The notes under the pieces are model-generated. The model was not told the DNA's origin. It saw only the letters and a list, made by a program, of their open reading frames with translations, and searched no databases. Made by a program: the position numbers and the translations under genes. Positions 42,060-57,200 of a stretch of 64,000 bases of DNA are shown here, piece after piece. This stretch comes from the human T2T-CHM13v2.0 reference genome, Homo sapiens: the NCBI RefSeq assembly GCF_009914755.1, contig NC_060933.1; one strand, written 5' to 3'. Numbering within the stretch: the stretch's first letter is position 1; each line of letters begins with the position of its first letter.

Positions 42060-45000
42060 CCATTCCATACCATTCCATTCCATTCCATTCCATTCCATTC
42101 CGTTCCATTCCGTTCCATTCCATTCCATTCCATTCTATTCGTGTTAATTCCATTCCATTGTATTCCATTCCATTCCATTGAAATCGAGTTGATTCCATTC
42201 CATTCCATTCCATTCCATTCCATTCCATTCCGGATGATTCCATTCCATTGCATTCCATTCCATTCCATTCCCCTGCACTCGGACGGATTCCATTCCATTC
42301 CATTACATTACATTACGTTCCATTCCGTTCCATTCTATTCTATTCGGGTTAATTCCATTCCATTCCATTCCACTCCCTTCCATTCCATTCTATTCGGGTT
42401 AATTCCATTCCATAACATTCCATTCCATTCCATTCCATTCCAAACGAGTTGATTCCATTCCATTCCATTCCATTTCACTCAATTCCAGTCCTTTCGATTC
42501 CATTCCACTCGGGTTGATTCCATTCTATTCCTTTCCATTCCATTCCATTCCATCGCAATCGAGTTGATTCCATTGCTTTGCATTCCATTCTATTCCATTC
42601 CATTCCGGATGATTCCTTTCCATTGCATTCCATTCCTTTCCATTCCCCTGCACTCGGGTTGATTCCATTCCATTCCACTCCATTCCATTGCATTCCATTC
42701 CATTCCATTGTATTCAGGTTGATTCCATTGCATTCCTTTCCATTCCATTCCATTCCATTCCATTCCATTCCATTCCATTACAATCGAGTTGATTCCATTC
42801 CATTCCATTCCATTCCAGTCCTTTCCATTCCATTCCACTTAGGTTGATTCCATTCTATTAGTTTCCATTCCATTCCATTCCCTTCCATTCCACTCTGGTT
42901 GATTCCATTCCTTTCCATTCCACTCGAATACACTCCCTCCTATTCCACTCGGAACGATTCCATTCCATTCCATTCCATTCCATTCCACTCCATTTCATTC
43001 CATTCCATTTCGTTCCATTCCATTCTATTCCGTACCATTCCATTCCATTCCATTCCATTCCATTCCATTCCACTCGTGTTGATTCCATTGCTTTCCATTC
43101 CATTCGGTTTGAAGGCATTCCATTCCATTCAATTCAATTCCATTCCATTCCATTCCATTCCATTCCATTCCATTCCATTCCATTCCATTGTACTCGGGTT
43201 GATTCAATTCCATTTCATTCCATTCCATTCCATTCCGTTGCATTCCATTCCATTTCATTCGGATTGATTGTATTCAAATCCCTTACTCTCCATTCCATTC
43301 CATTCCATTCGGGTTGTTCCATTCTATTCCATTCCATTCCATTCCATTCCATTCCATACCATTAAATTCCATTCCATTCCATTCCATTCCGTTCCATTCC
43401 GTTCCATTCCATTCCATTCCATTCTATTCGGGTTAATTCCATTCCATTCCATTCCATTCCATTCCATTCCATTCTATTCCATTCCATTGCAATCGAGTTG
43501 AATCCATTGCATTTCATTCCATTCCATTCCATTCCATTCCGGAAGATTCCATTCCATTGCATTCCATTCCATTCCATTCCCCTGCACTCGCGTTGATTCC
43601 ATTCCATTCCATTCCATTCCATTCCATTCCGTTCCGTTCCGTTCCGTTCCATTCCATTCCATTCCATTCCATTCCGTTCCATTCCATTCCATTCCATTCC
43701 ATTCCACTCTATTCGGGTTAATTCCATTCCATTCCATTCGATTGCAATCGAGTTGATTCCATTCCATTCCATTCCATTCCATTCCATTCCATTCCTTTCC
43801 CCTGTACTCGGGTTGATTCCATTCCATTCCATTCCAATCCATGCCATTCCACTCGTGTTGATGCCATTCTTTCCATTCAATTCAAGATGAATCCATTGCA
43901 TTGCATTCCATTCCATTCGATTCCATTCGTTTGCACTCGTGTTGATTCCATGGCATTGCATTCCAATCCATTCCATTCCATTCCATTCCATTCCTTTCCA
44001 TTCCATTCCATTCCATTCGGATTCATTCTATTCAATTCCCTTACACTCCATTACATTACATTCCATTCGGGTTGTTCCATTCCATTCCATTCCATTCCAC
44101 TCCATTCCATTGCACTGGGGTTGATTCCATTCCATTCGTTTCCATTCCATTCCATTCCATTCCGGATGATTCCATTCCATTGCATTCCGTTCCATTCCAT
44201 TCCCCTGCAGTCGCGTTGATTCCATTCCATTCCATTCCATTCCATTCCATTCCATTCCATTCCATTCCATTCCATTGTACTCGGGTTGATTCCATTCCAT
44301 TGCATTCCATTCCATTCCATTCCATTCCATTCCATTCCATTCTGTTGCTTTCCATTCCATTACATTCGGATTGATTCTATTCAACTCCCTTACTCTCCAT
44401 TACATTCCATTCCATTCGGGTTCTTCCATTCCATTCCATTCCATTCCACTCCATTCCATTGCACTCGGGTTGATTCCATTCCATTCCATTCCATTCCATT
44501 CATTCCGGATGATTCCATTCCATTGCATTCCGTTCCATTACATTCCCCTGCACTCGCGTTGATTCCATTCCATTCCATTCCATTCCATTCAATTCCATTC
44601 CATTACAATTCGTTCCATTCCATTCTATTCCGTACCATTCCCTACCATTCCATACCATTCCATTCCATTCCATTCCATTCCATTCCATTCCATTCCGTTC
44701 CATTCCATTCCATTCCATTCTATTCGGGTTAATTCCATTCCATTCCATTCCGTTCCATTCCATTCCATTCCATTCCATTGCATTCCATTCCGTTCCATTC
44801 CGTTCCATTCCATTCCATTCCATTCTATTCGGGTTAATTCCATTCCATTCCATTCCATTCCATTCCATTCCACTCTATTCCATTCCATTGCAATCGAGTT
44901 GAATCCATTGCATTTCATTCCATTCCATTCCATTCCATTCCATTCAGGAAGGTTCCATTCCATTGCATTCCATTCCATTCCATTCCCCTGCACTCGCGTT

Positions 45001-47430
45001 GATTCCATTCCATTCCATTCCATTCCATTCCATTCCATTCCATTCCGTTCCGTTCCGTTCCGTTCCATTCCATTCCATTCCATTCCGTTCCGTTCCATTC
45101 CATTCCATTCCATTCCATTCTATTCGGGTTAATTCCATTCCATTCCATTCGATTGCAGTCGAGTTGATTCCATTCCATTCCATTCCATTCCATTCCATTC
45201 CTTTCCATTTCATTACGGATGATTCCATTCCATTCCATTCCATTCCATTCCATTCCTTTCCCCTGCACTCGGGTTGATTCCATTCCATTCCATTCCAATC
45301 CATGCCATTCCACTCGTGTTGATTCCATTCTTTCCATTCCATTCAAGATGAATCCATTCCATTGCATTCCATTCCATTCGATTCCATTTGTTTGCACTCG
45401 TGTTGATTCCATGGCATTGCATTCCATTCCATTCCATTCCATTCCATTCCATTCCATTCCATTCCTTTCCATTCCATTCCATTCCATTCGGATTCTTTCT
45501 ATTCAATTCCCTTACACTCCATTACATTACATTCCATTCGGGTTGTTCCATTCCATTCCATTCCATTCCACTCCATTCCATTGCACTCGGGTTGATTCCA
45601 TTCCATTCCTTTCCATTCCATTCCATTCCATTCCGGATGATTCCATTCCATTGCATTCCGTTCCATTCCATTCCCCTGCACTCGCGTTGATTCCATTCCA
45701 TTCCATTCCATTCCATTCAATTCCATTCCATTACAATTCGTTCCATTCCATTCTATTCCGTACCATTCCATTCAATTCCATACCATTCCATTCCATTCCA
45801 TTCCATTCCATTCAGTTCCATTCCGTTCCATACCATTCCATTCCATTCTATTCGGGTTAATTCCATTCCATTCCATTCCATTCCATTCCATTCCATTCTA
45901 TTCCATTCCATTGCAATCGAGTTGAATCCATTGCATTTCATTCCATTCCATTCCATTCCATTCCATTCCATTCCATTCCATTCCGGAAGATTCCATTCCA
46001 TTGCATTCCATTCCGTTACATTCCCCTGCACTCGCGTTGATTCCATTCCAATCCATTCCATTCCATTCCATTCCGTTCCGTTCCATTCCATTCCAATCCA
46101 TTCCATTCCATTCCATTCCATTACGGATGATTCCATTCCATTGCATTCCATACCATTCCATTCCCCTATACTCGGGTTGATTCCATTCCATTGCATTCCA
46201 ATCCATGCCATTCCACTCGTGTTGATTCCATTCTTTCCATTCCATTCAAGTTGAATCCATTCCATTGCATTCCATTGCATTCGATTCCATTGGATTGCAC
46301 TCGGGTTGATTCCATTCCATTGCATTCCATTCCATTCCATTCCATTCCATTCCGTTCCATTCCATTCCATTACATTCGGATTGATTCTATTCAATTCCCT
46401 TACACTGCATTCCATTCCATTCCATTCGGGTAGTTTCCATTCCATTCCATTCCATTCCTCTCCATTCCATTGCACTCGGGTTGATTCCATTCCATTGCAT
46501 TCCATTCCATTCCATTCAATTCCATTCCGTTCCATTCCATTCCATTACATTCGGATTGATTCTATTCAACTCCCTTACGCTCCATTACATTCCATTCCAT
46601 TCGGGTTGTTCCATTCCATTCCACTCCATTCCATTGCACTCGGGTTGATTCCGTTCCATTCCATTCCATTCCTTTCCATTCCATTCCGGAAGATTCCACT
46701 CCATTGCATTCCATTCCATTCCATTCCCCTGCACTCACGTTGATTCCATTCCATTCCACTCCATTCCATTCCATTCCATTCCTTTCGGTTCCATTCCATT
46801 CCATTCCATTCCATTCCGTTCCGTTCCATTCCATTCCATTCCATTCTCTTCGGGTTAATTCCATTCCATTCCATTCGATTGCAATCGAGTTGATTCCATT
46901 CCATTCCATTCCATTCCATTCCATTCCATTCCATTCCATTCCTTTCTATTCCATTACGGATGATTCCATTCCATTGCATTCCATTCCATTCCATTCCCCT
47001 GTACTCGGGTTGATTCCATTCCCTTCTATTCCAATCCATGCCATTCCACTCGTGTTGATTCCATTGTTTCCATTCCATTCAAGTTGAATCTATTCCATTG
47101 CATTCCATTCCATTCCATTCCCCTGAAGTCGGGTTGATTCCATTCCATTCCATTCCATTCCATTCCATTCCATTCCATTCCATTCCATTCCGTGCCGTTC
47201 CATTCCATTCCATTCCATTCTATTCGGGTTAATTCCATTCCATTCTATTCCATTCCATTCCATTCCAATCCATTCAGTTCCATTCCATTCCATTCCATTC
47301 CATTCCATTCTATTCGGGTTAATTCCATTCCATTCCATTCCATTCCATTCCATTCCATTCTATTCCATTCCATTGCAGTCGAGTTGAATCCATTGCATTT
47401 CATTCCATTCCATTCCATTCCATTCCATTC
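42060..47430 (+). repeat. Dispersed paralog of ~2760-8450 (offset ~39 kb)
   Basis: Shared rare words in the same order: ATTCGTGTTAA, TTGAAATCGAG, CTCGGA(T/C)GGA, TTACATTACG, CCATAA(T/C)A, TTTCACTCAATT, TGTATTCAAATCCC, CAAGATGAA, ACTGGGGTTG, GGGTTCTTCC, CTTACGCTCC, CCCTGAAGTCGGG. Confidence 0.85.
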
Positions 47431-48219
47431 CATTCCGGATGATTCCATTCCATTGCATTCCATTCCATTCCATTCCTCTGCACTCGTGTTGATTCCATTC
47501 CATTCCATTCCATTCCATTCGATTCCATTCCATTCCAATTCTTTCCATTCCATTCTATTCCGTACCATTCCTTTCCATTCCATACAATTCCATTCCATTC
47601 CATTCCATTCCATTCCATTCCATTCCATTCTATTCGGGTTAATTCCATTCCATTCCATTCCATTCCATTCCATTCTATTCCACTCCATTGCAATCGAGTT
47701 GAATCCATTGCATTCCATTCCATTCCATTCCATTCCATTCCATTCCGGAAGATTCCATTCCATTGCATTCCATTCCATTCCATTCCCCTGCACTCGCGTT
47801 GAATCCATTCCATTCCATTCCATTCCATTCCATTCCATTCCATTCCTTTCCGTTCCATTCCATTCCATTCCATTCCATTCCGTTCCATTCCTTTCCGTTC
47901 CATTCCATTCCATTCCATTCCATTCTATTCGGGTTAATTCCATTCCATTCCATTCGATTACAATCGAGTTGATTCCATTCCATTCCATTCCATTCCATTC
48001 CGTTCCATTCCATTCCTTTCCATTCCATTACGGATGATTCCATTCCATTCCATTCCATTCCATTCCATTCCAGTCCTTTCCATTCCTTTCCATTCCATTA
48101 CTGATGATTCCATTCCATTGCATTCCATTCCATTCCATTCCCCTGTACTCGGGTTGATTCCATTCCATTCCATTCCAATCAATGCGATTCCACTCGTGTT
48201 GATTCCATTCTTTCCATTC

Positions 48220-51200
48220 CATTCAAGGTGAATCCATTCCATTGCATTCCATTCCATTCCATTCCCCTGCAGTCGGGTTGATTCCATTCCATTCCATTCC
48301 ATTCCATTCCATTCCATTCCATTCCATTCCATTCCATTCCATTCCATTCTATTCGGGTTAATTCCATTCCATTCCATTCCATTCCATTCCATTCCATTCC
48401 AATCCAGTTGATTCCATTCCATTCCCTTCCATTCCATTCCATTCCACTCCATTCCAGTCCTTTCCATTCCATTCCACTCGGGTGGATTCCATTCTATTCC
48501 TTTCCATTCCATTCCATTCCATTGCAATCGAGTTGATTCCATTGCTTTGCATTCCATTCCATTCCATTCCATTCCGGATGATTCCATTCCATTGCATTCC
48601 ATTCCATTCCATTCCCCTGCACTCGGGTTGATTCCATTCCATTGCACTCCATTCCGTTCCAATCCATTCCATTCCATTGTATTCGGGTTAATTCCATTAC
48701 ATTCCATTCCATTCCATTCCATTCCATTCCAGTCCTTTCCATTCCATTCCACTCGGGTTGATTCCATTCTATTAGTTTCCATTCCATTCCATTCCCTTCC
48801 ATTCCACTCTGGTTGATTCCATTCCTTTCCATTCCACTCGAATACATTCCCTCCTATTCCACTCGGAACGATTCCATTCCATTCCATTCCATTCCATTCC
48901 ATTCCATTCCATTTCGTTCCATTCCATTCTATTCCGTACCATTCCATTCCATTCCATTCCATTCCATTCCATTCCATTCCATTCCATTGTACTCGGGTTG
49001 ATTCTATTCCATTGCATTCCATTCCATTCCATTCCATTCCATTCCATTCCGGATGATTCCATTCCATTGCATTCCGTTCCATTACATTCCCCTGCACTCG
49101 CGTTGATTCCATTCCATTCCATTCCATTCCATTCAATTCCATTCCATTACAATTCTTTCCATTCCATTCTATTCCGTACCATTCCATTCCATTCCATTCT
49201 ATTCGGATTAATTCCATTCCATTCCATTCCATTCCATTCTATTCCATTCCATTGCAATCGAGTTGAATCCATTGCATTTCATTCCATTCCATTCCATTCC
49301 ATTCCATTCCATTCCATTCTATTCCGGAAGATTCCATTCCATTGCATTCCATTCCATTCCATTCCTCTGCACTCGCGTTGATTCCATTCCATTCCATTCC
49401 ATTCCATTCCATTCCATTCCGTTCCGTTCCGTTCCGTTCCATTCCATTCCATTCCATTCCATTCCATTCCGTTCCGTTCCATTCCATTCCATTCCATTCT
49501 ATTCGGGTTAATTCCATTCCATTCCATTCGATTGCAATCGAGTTGATTCCATTCCATTCCATTTCATTCCATTCCATTCCATTCCATTCCATTCCTTTCC
49601 ATTCCATTACGGATGATTCCATTCCATTGCATTCCATTCCATTCCATTCCCCTGTACTCGGGTTGATTCCATTCCATTCCATTCCAATCCATGCCATTCC
49701 ACTCGTGTTGATTCCATTCTTTCCATTCCATTCAAGTTGAATCCTTTCCATTGCATTCCATTCCATTCGATTCCATTCGATTGCACTCGGGTTGATTCCA
49801 TTCCATTGCATTCCATTCCATTCCATTCCATTCCATTCCATTCCGTTCCGTTCCATTCCATTCCATTCGGATTGATTCTATTCAATTCCCTTACACTCCA
49901 TTACATTCCATTCCATTCGGGTAGTTTCCATTCCATTCCATTCCATTCCTCTCCATTCCATTGCACTCGGGTTGATTCCATTCCATTGCATTCCATTCCA
50001 TTCCATTCAATTCCATTCCGTTCCATTCCATTCCATTACATTCGGATTGATTCTATTCAACTCCCTTACTCTCCATTCCATTCCATTCCATTCGGGTTGT
50101 TCCATTCCATTCCATTCCATTCCACTCCATTCCATTGCACTCGGGTTGATTCCATTCCATTCCATTCCATTCCGGAAGATTCCATTCCATTGCATTCCAT
50201 TCCATTCCATTCCCCTGCACTCGCGTTGATTCCATTCCATTCCATTCTATTCCATTCCATTCCCTTCCTTTCCGTTCCATTCCATTCCATTCCATTCCAT
50301 TCCATTCCATTCCGTTCCGTTCCATTCCATTCCATTCCATTCTATTCGGGTTAATTCCATTCCATTCCATTCAATTGCAATCGAGTTGATTCCATTCCAT
50401 TCCATTCCATTCCATTCCATTCAATTCCATTCCGTTCCATTCCATTCCATTACATTCGGATTGATTCTATTCAACTCCCTTACTCTCCATTACATTCCAT
50501 TCCATTCGGGTTGTTCCATTCCATTCCATTCCATTCCACTCCATTCCATTCCATTACACTCGGGTTGATTCCATTCCATTCCATTCCTTTCCATTCCATT
50601 CCATTCCATTCCGGAAGATTCCATTCCATTGCATTCCATTCCATTCCATTCCCCTGCACTCGCGTTGATTCCATTCCATTCCATTCCATTCCATTCCATT
50701 CCATTACATTCCTTTCCGTTCCACTCCATTCCATTCCATTCCAATCCATTCCATTCCGTTCTGTTCCGTTCCATTCCATTCCATTCCATTCTATTCGGGT
50801 TAATTCCATTCCATTCCGTTCGATTGCAATCGAGTTCATTCCATTCCATTCCATTCCATTCCATTCCTTTCCATTCCATTACGGATGATTCCATTCCATT
50901 GCATTCCATTCCATTCCATTCCCCTGTACTCGGGTTGATTCCATTCCATTCCATTCCAATCCATGCCATTCCACTCGTGTTGATTCCATTCTTTCCATTC
51001 CATTCAAGTTGAATCCATTCCATTGCATTCCATTCCATTCCATTCCCCTGCAGTCGGGTTGTTTCCATTCCATTCCATTCCATTCCATTCCATTCCATTC
51101 CATTCCGTTCCGTTCCATTCCATTCCATTCCATTCTATTCTGGTTAATTCCATTCCATTCCATTACATTCCATTCCAATCGAGTTGATTCCATTCCATTC

Positions 51201-54200
51201 CATGCCATTCCATTCCACTCCATTCCAGTCCTTTCCATTCCGTTCCACTCGGGTTGATTCCAATGTATTCCTTTCCATTCCATTCCATTCCATTGCAATC
51301 GAGTTGATTCCATTGCTTTGCATTCCATTCCATTCCATTCCATTCCGGATGATTCCATTCCATTGCATTCCATTCCATTCCATTCCCCTGCACTCGGGTT
51401 GACTCCATTCCATTCACCTCCATTCCGTTCCATTCCATTCCATTGCATTGTATTCGGGTTAATTCCATTCCATTCCATTCCATTCCATTCCATTCCATTC
51501 CATTCCATTACAATCGAGTTGATTCCATTCCATTCCATTCCATTCCAGTCCTTTCCATTCCATTCCACTCGGGTTGATTCCATTCTATTAGTTTCCATTC
51601 CATTCCATTCCCTTCCATTCCACTCTGGTTGATTCCATTCCTTTCCATTCCACTCGAATACATTCCCTCCTATTCCACTCGGAACGATTCCATTCCATTC
51701 CATTCCATTCCATTCCATTTCGTTCCATTCCATTCTATTCCGTACCATTCCATTCCATTCCATTCCATTCCATTCCATTCCATTCCATTCCATTGTACTC
51801 GGGTTGATTCTATTCCATTGCATTCCATTCCATTCCATTCCATTCCATTCCATTCCGGATGATTCCATTCCATTGCATTCCGTTCCATTACATTCCCCTG
51901 CACTCGCGTTGATTCCATTCCATTCCATTCCATTCCATTCAATTCCATTCCATTACAATTCGTTCCATTCCATTCTATTCCGTACCATTCCATTCCATTC
52001 CATTCCATTCCATTCCATTCCATTCTATTCGGATTAATTCCATTCCATTCCATTCCATTCCATTCTATTCCATTCCATTGCAATCGAGTTGAATCCATTG
52101 CATTTCATTCCATTCCATTCCATTCCATTCCATTCCATTCCATTCCATTCCATTCTATTCCGGAAGATTCCATTCCATTGCATTCCATTCCATTCCATTC
52201 CTCTGCACTCGCGTTGATTCCATTCCATTCCATTCCATTCCATTCCATTCCATTCCATTCCGTTCCGTTCCGTTCCATTCCATTCCATTCCATTCCATTC
52301 CATTCCGTTCCGTTCCATTCCATTCCATTCCATTCTATTCGGGTTAATTCCATTCCATTCCATTCGATTGCAATCGAGTTGATTCCATTCCATTCCTTTT
52401 CATTCCATTCCATTCCATTCCATTCCATTCCTTTCCATTCCATTACGGATGATTCCATTCCATTGCATTCCATTCCATTCCATTCCCCTGTACTCGGGTT
52501 GATTCCATTCCATTCCATTCCAATCCATGCCATTCCACTCGTGTTGATTCCATTCTTTCCATTCCATTCAAGTTGAATCCTTTCCATTGCATTCCATTCC
52601 ATTCGATTCCATTCGATTGCACTCGGGTTGATTCCATTCCATTGCATTCCATTCCATTCCATTCCATTCCATTCCATTCCGTTCCGTTCCATTCCATTAC
52701 ATTCGGATTGATTCTATTCAATTCCCTTACACTCCATTACATTCCATTCCATTCGGGTAGTTTCCATTCCATTCCATTCCATTCCTCTCCATTCCATTGC
52801 ACTCGGGTTGATTCCATTCCATTGCATTCCATTCCATTCCATTCAATTCCATTCCGTTCCATTCCATTCCATTATATTCGGATTGATTCTATTCAACTCC
52901 CTTACTCTCCATTCCATTCCATTCCATTCGGGTTGTTCCATTCCATTCCATTCCATTCCACTCCATTCCATTGCACTCGGGTTGATTCCATTCCATTCCA
53001 TTCCATTCCGGAAGATTCCATTCCATTGCATTCCATTCCATTCCATTCCCCTGCACTCGCGTTGATTCCATTCCATTCCATTCTATTCCATTCCATTCCC
53101 TTCCTTTCCGTTCCATTCCATTCCATTCCATTCCATTCCATTCCGTTCCGTTCCGTTCCATTCCATTCCATTCCATTCTATTCGGGTTAATTCCATTCCA
53201 TTCCATTCAATTGCAATCGAGTTGATTCCATTCCATTCCATTCCATTCCATTCCATTCCATTCCTTTCCATTCCATTACGGATGATTCCATTCCATTGCA
53301 TTCCATTCCATTCCATTCCCCTGTACTCGGGTTGATTCCATTCCATTGCATTCCAATCCATGCCCTTCCACTCGTGTTGATTCCATTCTTTCCATTCCAT
53401 TCAAGTTGAATCCATTCCATTGCATTCCATTCCATTCGATTCCATTCGATTGCACTCGGGTTGATTCCATTCCATTGCATTCCATTCCATTCCACTCCAT
53501 TCCATTCCATTCCATTCCATTCCATTCTGTTCCATTCCATTCCATTCCATTCGGATTGATTCTATTCAATTCCCTTACACTCCGTTACAGTCCATTCCAT
53601 TCGGGCAGTTTCCATTCCATTCCATTCCATTCGTCTCCATTCCATTGAACTCGGTTTGATTCCATACCATTTCATTCCATTCCATTCCATTCAATTCCAT
53701 TCCGTTCCATTCCATTCCATTACATTCGGATTGATTCTATTCAACTCCCTTACTCTCCATTACATTCCATTCCATTCGGGTTGTTCCATTCCATTCCATT
53801 CCATTCTACTGCATTCCATTGCGCTCGGGTTGATTCCATTCCATTCCATTCCATTCCATTCCATTCCATTCCATTCCATTCCGGAAGATTCCATTCCATT
53901 GCATTGCATTCCATTCCATTCCCCTGCACTCGCGTTGATTCCATTCCATTGCATTCCATTCCATTCCATTCCATTCCATTCCATTCCTTTCCGTTCCATT
54001 CCATTCCATTCCATTCCATTCCAATCCATTCCATTCCGTTCCGTTCTGTTCCATTCCATTCCATTCCATTCTATTCGGGTTAATTCCATTACATTCCATT
54101 CGATTGCAATCGAGTTGATTCCATTCCATTTCATTCCATTCCATTCCATTCCTTTCCATTCCATTACGGATGATTCCATTCCATTGCATTCCATTCCATT

Positions 54201-57200
54201 CCATTCCCCTGTACTCGGGTTGATTCCATTCCATTCCATTCCAATCCATGCCATTCCACTCGTGTTGATTCCATTCTTTCCATTCCATTCAAGTTGAATC
54301 CATTCCATTGCATTCCATTCCATTCCATTCCCCTGCAGTCGGGTTGTTTCCATTCCATTCCATTCCATTCCATTCCATTCCATTCCATTCCGTTCCGTTC
54401 CTTTGCATTCCATTCCATTCCATTCTATTCGGGTTAATTCCATTCCATTCCATTCCATTCCATTCCATTCCAATCGAGTTGATTCCATTCCATTCCATTC
54501 CATTCCATTCCACTCCATTCCAGTGCTTTCCATTCCATTCCACTCGGGTTGATTCCAATGTATTCCTTTCCATTCCATTTCATTCCAGTGCAATCGAGTT
54601 GATTCCATTGTTTGCATTCCATTCCATTCCATTCCATTCCGGATGATTCCATTCCATTGCATTCCATTCCATTCCATTCCCCTGCACTTCGGTTGATTCC
54701 ATTCCATTCCCCTCCATTCCTTTCCATTCCATTCCATTGCATTGTATTCGGGTTAATTCCATTCCATTCCATTCCATTCCATTACAATCGAGTTGATTCC
54801 ATTCCATTCCATTCCATTCCAGTGCTTTCCATTCCATTCCTCTCGGGTTGATTCCATTCTATTAGTTTCCATTCCATTCCATTCCCTTCCATTCCACTCT
54901 GGTTGATTCCATTCCTTTCCATTGCACTCGAATACATTCCCTCCGATTCCACTCGGAACGATTCCATTCCATTCCATTCCATTCCATTCCATTACATTAC
55001 ATTCCATTCCATTCCATTGTACTCGGGTTGATTCAATTCCATTGCATTCCATTCCATTCCATTCCATTCCGTTGCATTCCATTCCATTACATTCGGATTG
55101 ATTCTATTCAACTCCCTTACTCTCCATTACATTCCATTCCATTAGGGTTGTTCCATTCCATTCCATTCCATTCCACTCCATTCCATTACACTCGGGTTGA
55201 TTCCATTCCATTCCATTCCATTGCGGATGATTCCATTCCATTGCATTCCGTTCCATTACATTCCCCTGCACTCGCGTTGATTCCATTCCATTCCATTCCA
55301 TTCCATTCAATTCCATTCCATTACAATTCGTTCCATTCCATTCTATTCCGTAGCATTCCATTCCATTCCATAGCATTCCATTCCATTCCATTCCATTCTG
55401 TTCCATTCCATTGCATTCCATTGCATTCCATTCTATTCGAATTAATTCCATTCCATTCCATTCCATTCCATTCTATTCCATTCCATTGCAATCGATTTGA
55501 ACCCATTGCATTTCATTCCATTCTATTCCATTCCATTCCATTCCGGAAGATTCCATTCCATTGCATTCCATTCCATTCCATTCCCCTGCACTCGCGTTGA
55601 TTCCATTCCATTCCATTCCATTCCGTTCCGTTCCATTCCATTCCATTCCATTCCATTCCATCACGTTCCGTTCCATTCCATTCCATTCCATTCTCTTCGG
55701 GTTAATTCCATTCCATTCCATTCGATTGCAATCGAGTTGATTCCATTCCATTCCATTCCATTCCATTCCGGAAGATTCCATTCCATTGCATTCCATTCCA
55801 TTCCATTCCCCTGCACTCGCGTTGATTCCATTCCATTCCATTCCATTCCATTCCATTCCGTTCCGTTCCATTCCATTACATTCCATTCCATTCTATTCGG
55901 GTTAATTCCATTCCATTCCATTCGATTGCAATCGAGTTGATTCCATTCCATTCCATTCCATTCCATTCCATTCCATTCCATTCCATTCCTTTCCATTCCA
56001 TTACGGATGATTCCATTCCATTGCATTCCATTCCATTCCATTCCCCTGTACTCGGGTTGATTCCATTCCATTCCATTTCAATCCATGCCATTCCACTCGT
56101 GTTGATTCCATTCTTTACATTCCATTCAAGTTGAATCCATTCCATTGCATTCCATTCCATTCGATTCCATTCGATTGCACTCGGGTTGATTCCATTCCAT
56201 TGCATTCCATTCCATTCCATTCCATTCCATTCCACTCCATTCCGTTCCGTTCCATTCCATTCCATTCCATTCTATTCCATTCCGTTCCGTTCCATTCCAT
56301 TCCATTCCATTCTATTCGGGTTAATTCCATTCCATTCCATTCGATTGCAATCGAGTTGATTCCATTCCATTCCATTCCATTCCATTCCATTCCATTCCAT
56401 TCCTTTCCATTCCATTACGGATGATTCCATTCCATTGCATTCCATTCCATTCCATTCCCCTGTACTCGGGTTGATTCCATTCCATTCCATTCCAATCCAT
56501 GCCATTCCACTAGTGTTCATTCTATTCTTTCCATTCCATTCAAGTTGAATCCATTCCATTGCATTCCATTCCATTCGATTCCATTCGATTGCACTCTGGT
56601 TGATTCTATTCCATTGCATTCCATTCCATTCCATTCCGTTACATTCCATTCCATTACATTCGGATTGATTCTATTCAATTCCCTTACACTCCATTACTTT
56701 CTGTTCCATTCGGGTAGTTTCCATTCCATTCCATTCCATATCTCTCCATTCCATTGCACTCGGGTTGATTCCATTCCATTGCATTCCATTCCATTCCATT
56801 CAATTCCATTCCATTCCATTCCATTCCATTCCATTCCGTTCCATTCCATTCCATTACATTCGGATTGATTCTATTCAATTCCGTTACACTACATTCCATT
56901 CAATTTCATTCGGGTAGTTTCCATTCCATTCCATTCCATTCCTCTCCATTCCATTGCACTCGGGTTGATTCCATTCCATTGCATTCCGTTCCATTCCATT
57001 CAATTGCATTCTGTTCCATTCCATTCCATTACATTCGGATTGATTCTATTCAACTCCCTTACTCTCCGTTACATTCCATTCCATTCGGGTTGTACCATTC
57101 CATTCCATTTCACTCCATTCCATTGCACTCGGGTTGATTCCATTCCATTCCATTCCATTCCATTCCATTCCGTAAGATTCCATTCCATTGCATTCCATTC

